A stretch of 62,344 nt of DNA, filler included, from Bipalium vagum (lineage: Eukaryota): NCBI GenBank assembly GCA_037834085.1. It is 3 parts of 3 records of this genome, joined end to end, with 100 filler letters (N's around TTAATTAATTAA, not from the genome) between each part and the next. Parts side by side here need not be neighbours in the genome. Positions count along the whole stretch, not along the records: positions 40,452 to 62,344 come from JBBMKC010229860.1; 2 more parts are not named here. One strand, written 5' to 3'. The notes beneath the pieces were generated by a model. That model was not told the origin of the DNA and ran no database searches. It saw nothing but the letters and a program-made list of their open reading frames with translations. Positions 54,658 through 62,344 of this stretch are shown here, one piece after another; position 1 is the first letter of the stretch, and every line of letters starts with the position of its first letter. The position numbers were made by a program, and so were the translations under genes.

Positions 54658-57600
54658 ATGGAAGTTCTAAATTCTTTAGTGAATTCAAATTGTTTTACCA
54701 TTCTTCAAGGAAAGCTGAATGATTGGAAATGTGAATTCGAAGTAAAAAAACCTTTAAATGGTAATGAATTCGATGTTTATAAATCTCACTAGATAAATTG
54801 TGCTGAGTCAAACTTAAGCCGATGTTGTGAATTAATTGAGCTCAATGGAAGGATACAAGCCCATCTTTTTAAACTGCTGAGTATTTGTGGTCTTTATGGT
54901 TATAAAACTGATTAACTCGATATCTGGTAAATGTTTCCATTTAGGAGGACTTAGCGATTCAGAAACCAACTTTAAGAAAAAGCTAAGTTTGTACTTAGGA
55001 AAAGATTATTTGGAAAATGGCTTGACTGCGGAAATTGTGATGGGAATTTTGAATGAAATTAGACAGAAGTCAGTTGGATCGCCTAAACGTTCAAAATCTG
55101 CCAGAAAAAGCTCAGCTCAAAAAAGTAGTCGCTCTAAAGATGTGTACGCAATAGAACCTAATGTTATTTTATTATTTCCAGATTCTTGTATTGTATTTCA
55201 CTTTTAATATTTTATTGATTTAATGATCATTTATATTTTCACAGTCATTAATTGATAATTATTGAATTGAATCGACCGTGGAGTAATTTAGATTATTCTG
55301 TTTTACTTCACATTTAAAAAATCGAAATGTCTTAAATTATAAATATTTTCCCGTTAATTTAAACTAATAAATCCCATTAATTTATCCACATTGGGTTGAG
55401 AGAGACATGTATTTCTGTATTTTATCATTGAAGATTATTGAAATTGAATAGTTCGTTTAAGCCAGATAAGCACCTTTGACATCAAACACTTATTTGGAAT
55501 TTTTCATTGATAGTCATTTTTCAACCAATGAAAATTAACTTGAATTTTCTGGCGAAAATTGTAACAAATATTATTTCCCCTTCTCCATGGAAGTGAAATT
55601 TGCTCCGTTTGGAGTATTCTGCACAGGCCTCAGTAAATGATTATCTGAGTGTGAAAGTGAAATCCTGGGGATGCATTATTACTATTATTTTCAGATCTTC
55701 AAAGATCTGTGTATTGATTTTTAATTTTATGGAAAAATAATAATATTGCACTTCCAACAAAGATTTTATCCGGTTAAAATATTGATGTGAAAGATATATA
55801 GAGATTGAAATTTACTGGAAGGGTTCTGAATGTTGACAACCAATAATAAAAATGAAAAAAACAGTTTTTGAAGGTTTTATCACCAGAGTAAGGAATTGTC
55901 AAAAACAATCAGAACAACGGATGAAAAGGATTTAGTAAATATTCACATTATAACTCAAAGATCGCATTTTGGGCACATTTTCATCAACTATGATCATGTT
56001 GGTTTTATTCTTAACTGAAGTCTCCAAAATTATCAGCTCGTTATTCATTAAAAATTTCTAGTATGATTTATTTAAAGATTGTCTTAATCGATAAATGTCA
56101 TTTTGATATCGATAGCAAAATGTTACTTTGTTATTTTATTGTCCGAAAATGGAAAAAAGGTGAGAAAATTTTATATTTTTCTCAAAGGTGTACCTTCGTT
56201 AATTACCTTATAATAACATAATATTATAATATTATATTTATAATTATAATATTACTTTAATAATTACTTTATAAAGGAAATATTATTATTTAAATTATAT
56301 AAATTATAATGAGATCAAGATTTTCGGAATTGTATTTTTACAATCAATCATGTTATAAACCTCAAATTCTTTTAGTATCTTTTCTGGGAAAAAATGAGAT
56401 ATTTTCAAATTTTATTAATAAATATACGATTTTTTAATTATTTGTTTATAATAATAATGTTTAACTGATTATTTTTGTTTCTTATTATTATTTAGATAAT
56501 AGTTTGAGATAAAACATGAATTATTTTTGGGTTCGAATTTCAATATTTAAGTAAATTTTCTGCTTAATTACTTGTTTTACTTTAAAATTATGTCATGGGT
56601 AATAAATATTAGAATGTTCAGACCTAAAAATTTTGAATATATAAACATTTTATGAAAATTGGAATAATTACTCAATTAAATAACGATTATTAAAACAAGG
56701 TGGATTAGATTTGAATTCAAAATTATTTCAGTGAATTGATTTTAATAAATTCGCATTGTTTATCTATACATCTATAATATATGCCATAAAAATACCAAAA
56801 TTTCTTTATAAATCAAGCGTAAACATTTACACACAAATTATTTAAAGTTTACAATAAATGAAAATTGGAAAACTTATTTTTATAGAAAAGCATCTACAAA
56901 TGTAAACCAGTCAAATATAATAATAATTAATATTTGCAAGGAACAATATTATCTGGTGTTACCATAATGCAAGACCTTGTTCTGCAAACATGACAATATT
57001 GCAATGTAATATGTCGAAATATATTAAATATTTTGATTCTCGAGTTGATAACAGCAGACATTTCAATGATATTTTGTTTCATATATAATAGGAAATGTTC
57101 ATATTTTTATAGAATTATGTGATTTTGACCTAAATTTGTCAAAATTTTAACTTTCAAAGACCTTTTAGGAATGAAAATTAAGAAATTTTTTCAGAAATTT
57201 TCTTATTCTATTAGGATATTTTAAAATGTCGCTTTTTCACATTGAATTTTGAATTTATGCATTTGAATAAAAATAAAATATGATTAGTCGAATTTGATTG
57301 AATACACCTGACCAACGAGACATAATTTTCTTTCTACCAGTTCAGAAAACAACTGAATTCTAGAATCGATGATATCGCTAAAGGTATTTTTGTCATCATA
57401 CCGATACCTGACAATTTTCCCTTCAACCGTTTTTCGTAGTTTTTTAACCTCAAACGATAATTGAGGCGTCCCCATTAATTTGTCTACCTATTGTATATTA
57501 TCTTACAATATTTAAAAATTTTAATATCATTTGAGCAATTATTTTTTGAATATGTAAATATTGGCTGTAAAATACAATTGAAATACCTTTTTAAGAGTTG

Positions 57601-60600
57601 ACAGCCGACCTGCAAACGGTGGATCCTCGGAAACTTTTGCAAATAATGAACATTCTTCTAAGTATTTTTGAGACGTTTAGAAATTAAAACTTTTAATCTG
57701 TATAGAGTCTTGAGTCAGGGAATATATAATAAACTCGATGAGCTCAAGAACTCGATTATCGATTTGTCTAACGGTAGTCATTTGTCGGGACGCATCAGAC
57801 GAAAGAAGACATCCGTTCGACGAAATTCTGATTCTTTGCCAAAAGAGTCAGGAAGTCGAAATGTAGGTACACAGTAAGACTAATCTCAGCTTTACTAAAA
57901 ACCATAATGATAAAATGAATAATTTTCCAGAAATGATGATTTCGGATATTCCGATACAACCCAAGACTTTGGTTTCTTTGACGTTGAAGAAACGAAAAAT
58001 GATACCTATTTACAGAGTTTAGTCGGTCGATACAATGATTTGTTTAGCGAATCTAGGATTAAAGCCATGGACTATCTCAGACTTCACAACGACGACCATG
58101 AGAACAATCAAAGAATCCTCTTCGCTTTAATCATGGTAAATTGGTTGTTAAGTTTTATTTATTTATTTTTTGAATTCTTTTATCTTTTATTACACTCTCA
58201 AATAATAAATGTCTCATAAAACTAGAACCAATTCATATTAAATCACAAAATGGTCAATAGATCTTTTTCTTTGTTATGACTTGAATTGTCATCCACCGTA
58301 ATTATGAGTTACTTCATATAAATATGTACTTCAAATTGTACAACTGATAATAATAATAATAATACGCAATTATTTAATTAAAAAATCAATGAAAAATTAT
58401 GGACAATTTGAAAAATCTTATCTGAAATTCAATTATTTCTTTAATTACTGATGAAAGGTTGCTTAACGTAAAATGTTGCCCTTATAAACTCGTCTTGGAA
58501 TGATAGCCAAGTCATTATTTCATGGTGAATATCATTTTAACTTGATTAAAATCAATTTTCCAAATTAACGCCTTTTAAAAATTAAAACAAAATCTCTTTA
58601 CAAATTTATTATCATGAAACATGTTTCGATTTTTTATTGGTTCTTTATCAGTTAGTAATAGTTGAAAATTAAATTTTGATTTACTGAAATAGCTTTAAGT
58701 ACAATTTAAAAATAAATCGATAATTTCCAAAAATGAATACAAAAAACTGTCAAAACTCCTCAAATCCCAATCTCTTATTTCAGGTTTCATATATAAAGTC
58801 TTATTAGAATTTTATTTCGTTCACAAAAAAAATCAATTTCTAAAGGTTGCCAAAATTGAAAAGTTTCACTGAATAATTAAATTTCATGACAGATTTTGGA
58901 TCTTCACAATTTTTTAATCAAAAATAAGCACTTTTCGATGAAATTGAGCACCAAGTTCATGCAGTAAACACTGACATCTTTTCATCCTTTTGTTCATCCA
59001 GATGTTGGCCTTCTTTGAGCTTTAAGGACTTGATTTGTAGTTCGTTTTTAACAACTATGCGGACGCTGAACTCGGATATTCCAATTTTTTAGCCATTTTC
59101 CTCATTGACTGCCGAGTATTGTGCCTGGTGCGATCACGAAGTATTTTCCGGATGTGTGGCATATTTTTAGTGTGTGGTCTTTTGCTTCGTGGACGGTCGC
59201 TGATATCCACTACTGACTTCCCAATATTCAGCAAACGAACGATATGGTTTTTGTTTTGTTGACATAAATTAATTATACAAGAACAAATGCTTTTCTTATC
59301 ACCTAACATCTAAAATAAAAAATAAGAATTCAAAATTACTATACAATTTAAACAAGGCATTCAATATATAAATCAATTTAAAATTAAAAATTATTTTTAA
59401 TGTAAAATCCCGATTTATAAAACAAGTTTCCGAACTTTATCGCATCCTGTAATTACATATAAGTTATACATGATAATCTCAAAATTCTACAAGGAATGTA
59501 ACATTTATTTATTGACATTTAATTATGTTCAACATTTGTGCCATTTAACTTATTAAAAAGTTTTAAACACTTATGTAAAGAAGAAACAGAATAAGTGCAC
59601 ATTTGGAAATTAATTTTTGTTGAATCTCTCAATAAACAAACTGTTTTCAAGTATATGGAAGATCTGGTTGAATTTTTGGACGTTGTGGATACTTCCAGTT
59701 TCAAAAAGCTTTTAATTAAAAGATTCCTAATTTTGAAATGATGAAGCATGAATTTCATTTTAATCTTTGTAACTCTCTTCGGAGAGAGGTGATTGATTTC
59801 AATTTGGTCATGAGTAGAGCAACTTTAATAAGTCATTAATATGCATCGTCACTTTAAAATTGATGTCAAATATATAAAGAGAAAATAATTAAACAAATCA
59901 AAATAAATAAGTTTTAATAAATAAAGGTTAACATGCTTAAAGACCTTTTGTCATGCGTAATTTAAGTATAAATTTAAATATAATTAAAGATTAAAATCTC
60001 AGTGTTACCTCATTTACACCCGGTATTTCTTTATACAGATTAAGTAAACTTTATTGTTATAATTTTGCTTATAATTTTTTCAGAAAACATTCATAATACA
60101 TTTGTTCATTGTTTAACTTACAGAAGAACCTTTTATACCTATCAAATACATATATTTCATTTATAAAAAATTAATAAAATCACCACACTCAATACAGATA
60201 TTAATAAACCAAATTTTTGATAAACCTACAAATACTCTATCCGCCAAGGTCATTGCAAAATGTGTCAATAAATCCCAAAGAACATATCGATCGTATAATA
60301 ATAATACACTGGTCCAGTCTTTTCATGAATCAATACCTCAATCTTCACTGAAGAACCTGCGAACCCAAGTAATCTATAAAATAGTCAATAAGCAGGGCAA
60401 ATATTTCCGGTTCCATATTCCTGATTACTTTTCATTTGTCGACCTAAAAGACTTTATCAATCGAGCAATTCAATTGTTCTGGAACTTCGGAGGGGCAAAG
60501 AACGCATTGTACTTATTAGAAGCTGAAGACGGAGAGATTTTTGATGAGTACAAGTAATCGTATTAATGTTTTAGTATAATCTTTTTCCATAATCTTACTA

Positions 60601-61003
60601 TATTTTTCAAATTCTCTAATTTTAGATTACTGTTATTTATCTTCTTCTTATTATTATTATTTTTTATTATTTTTTTTTATTATTTTTAATACTTCTATTA
60701 TTATTATTATAATTTTTAAAATAATTTGAGAAATACTAAACTTTTTAATTTGTTTTAATTTTAATATAAACTATTTTTAAAATTAGAATTAATTTGATAT
60801 TCCCAAAATTATAAAATTTTTATATAAATAATTTAACTTTAATCAGGTATCGCCGCAGTTATGATTCTGATCCGACTATCTATTTCGTTAATCATCATAT
60901 CTGGCCATGTTTAATTCAAAGTGGTAGAGTGCTTGTTAAAGGTGAAGCTTGCACAAAAAATTGCTTTGACAAGGTTATTCAAAATAATGTTTTCTTTTAT
61001 TAA
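54658..61003 (+). CDS. SPATA18: Mitochondria-eating protein Mieap/SPATA18. Supported exons: 54658-54741, 54793-54898, 54945-~55162, ~57341-57383, ~57596-57661, ~57706-57873, 57931-58135, ~60198-60553, 60847-60973/61003
   Basis: The N-terminus MEVLNSLVNSNCFTILQGKLNDWKCEFE|INCAESNLSRCCELIELNGRIQAHLFKLL..GG..KKKLSLYLG matches the Mieap N-terminal pattern (LQ.KL..W...N.C..NL..C.ELIE). LVGRYNDLFSESRIKAMDYLR..DDHENNQRILF and DGEIFDEYK|YRRSYDSD...VNHHIWPCLIQSGRVLVKGEACT match the Mieap domain (DGE.F...KYRRSYDS...HVWP.L....V..KGEA.T). Junctions at 57383-57708, the region 58135-60198 and the final exon boundary are not fully resolved. Confidence 0.88.
58950..59449 (-). mobile_element. 5' relic of a maT/DD37D-like element inside a SPATA18 intron
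   Basis: TA-CAGGATGCGATAAAGTTCGGAAAC terminus; ORF 59055-59309 with DRPRSKRP...RTRHNTRQSMRKMAKKL. Confidence 0.75.
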
Positions 61004-61079
61004 AATGGCAAAATTTTGAAAAGTAACAATATAGTAAAAAAGTTTTACAATTTTTACTTATTTTGAGTGCAGGAACACA

Positions 61080-62202
61080 GTCCTAATCATTTCAATTGTT
61101 AAAAAGCCTCCATTTGCTGAGATTCCAAATTTGATAATACTAAGATCTCTGGAGCATGCCTTCACAAGTCTCTCTTTATCCATTGACATCATAATTTTCT
61201 AAATTTTAACCTTTAAATACTCTCTATTTGAATGAAGTTGATTGTTAACATCTCTCTCACAAATGCCCTGTACATAGTGGTGACAAGATTTCCTTTGACC
61301 AAAACTAAGGAACATTGAAATTAAGAAGTTATTGTATCTTTAAGGTATTATTTGCACCATCTTGTTGGAAGATGAAATGATGTCCATTTGCGACTTTCTT
61401 CATCTATGGTACAATTGAGTTTCTCAAAACCTCCACATAAGCATCAACAATCACTCTCAAATCTTGTGGTAAAAATGTGAGAACATGATATCTCCTTCAT
61501 TACTGATAACAATTAACAACATGACCGTGGCAGCAAATTACTTTGCATCACTATTGGGACCTGATGATCATTTTCAAACAACCATCTGTTGTTTTTCAGA
61601 TTAACAATCTGGTTTTCTTTGAAATTTCTTTTATCTTAGAAACTTATCTGCGGCTTTTTCAATTTTGATAACAGTTTCTTTGCTATCTAAAATCACTTTT
61701 CTTTTATCTTAAATGTGACAAAAATTGGCCTTTTCTAATGACATGATTTGTATCGAATGTCTTCCTTGATAATTGTGCCTACCATTCCATCTGACATCCA
61801 ATTCTCTGGCTATGGTGCGCATTGACCTGCCTGCATCTTTAATGATGATTTCTTAGATTCTGGATATCATATCCACACTTTAGCGATCTTTACATATGTT
61901 ATGTATTTTTCGTAATGGTGTTACATTTTCAGGATCAGCTTCATACTCCTTTACGTTAAGGAATAGGTAAAGTAATATAAATGACGTTTGAAATTTCTTT
62001 GGCAGTTTGTCTTGTGCGCAGACCACAGATTATTGCTTCTCTAAAATTATATTCCTTTGACATGCTTGGTTATTTATTATTGTATTAACTTATTGATCAA
62101 AAATAACAGATCAATAATTTTAATAAATAAAAATATTTTTAATTTTATAAGAGGCTTTATAAAACATAATACAAAATCATTGCCAATTTAACTTCTGCAC
62201 CC
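61080..62202 (-). mobile_element. Degenerate maT/DD37D-like element
   Basis: SMRTIARELDV, IIKEDIRYKS, VMLLIVISNEGDIM..HF, AYVEVL, FIFQQDGA, GICERDVN...H and LVKACSR. The terminus is TA-TAGGGTGCAGAAG. Confidence 0.8.
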
Positions 62203-62344
62203 TATATATAGAGAAACTGTATTTGGAGAATTTGAAATATATAAAGATTAAATATTAATTAATATTTTTTATAAATCTTAATCTTGTGAACAATATAAAT
62301 TTATTTTTCGAATATACGCCTTTTATTAAATGAATACAAAATTT

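Noticed and set aside
57284-57475. Minus-strand 63-aa ORF as a nested gene
   Set aside because: It overlaps a plus-strand SPATA18 exon candidate (57341-57383) and has no recognisable homology; probably an antisense shadow.
58448-58480. CTGATGA-AAGGTT..AACGT-AAAATGTT as a sense-strand hammerhead
   Set aside because: The essential GAAA is AAAA, stem II is mismatched and no stem I is evident; too weak to call.
59773-59786. CTCTC-TTCG-GAGAG cUUCGg tetraloop hairpin
   Set aside because: An isolated 5-bp stem with no larger structure; plausible by chance in 62 kb.
1-62344. CRISPR arrays, operons or other prokaryotic defence systems
   Set aside because: There is no repeat-spacer array and no prokaryotic gene organisation; the DNA is intron-containing animal sequence.

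Overview
Very AT-rich (roughly three-quarters A+T by eye), gene-poor animal genomic DNA, most likely a fast-evolving invertebrate; the taxon cannot be fixed from the sequence. The window is three assembled pieces (1-16386, 16487-40351, 40452-62344) joined by artificial 100-nt spacers (N44-TTAATTAATTAA-N44), so adjacency across the joins is not evidence of linkage. Two spliced host genes, which the ORF track shows only as fragments, can be reconstructed by hand: the mitochondrial pseudouridine synthase TRUB2 (minus strand, 2503-4266, six exons) and SPATA18/Mieap (plus strand, about 54658-61003). Both have 37-57 nt introns with unusually degenerate 5' splice sites. Most of the rest is decayed transposons: several Tc1/mariner lineages (Mos1-like and mellifera-like mariners, Tc1, maT/DD37D-like, DD37E, pogo/Tigger, DUF4817-type, and a plant-type DD39D-like element with CTCC termini), MITE derivatives, a Ty3/gypsy pol relic, a Penelope relic with a hammerhead-like end, and a solo-LTR-like GC island. 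There is also a tRNA-like sequence inside an inverted repeat, plus microsatellites. I found no intact novel multi-gene system. The best leads are the DD39D-like element in an animal, the hairpin-embedded tRNA-like unit, the structured LTR-like island and the weak splice-donor code. All family assignments come from recalled motif similarity, not database searches.
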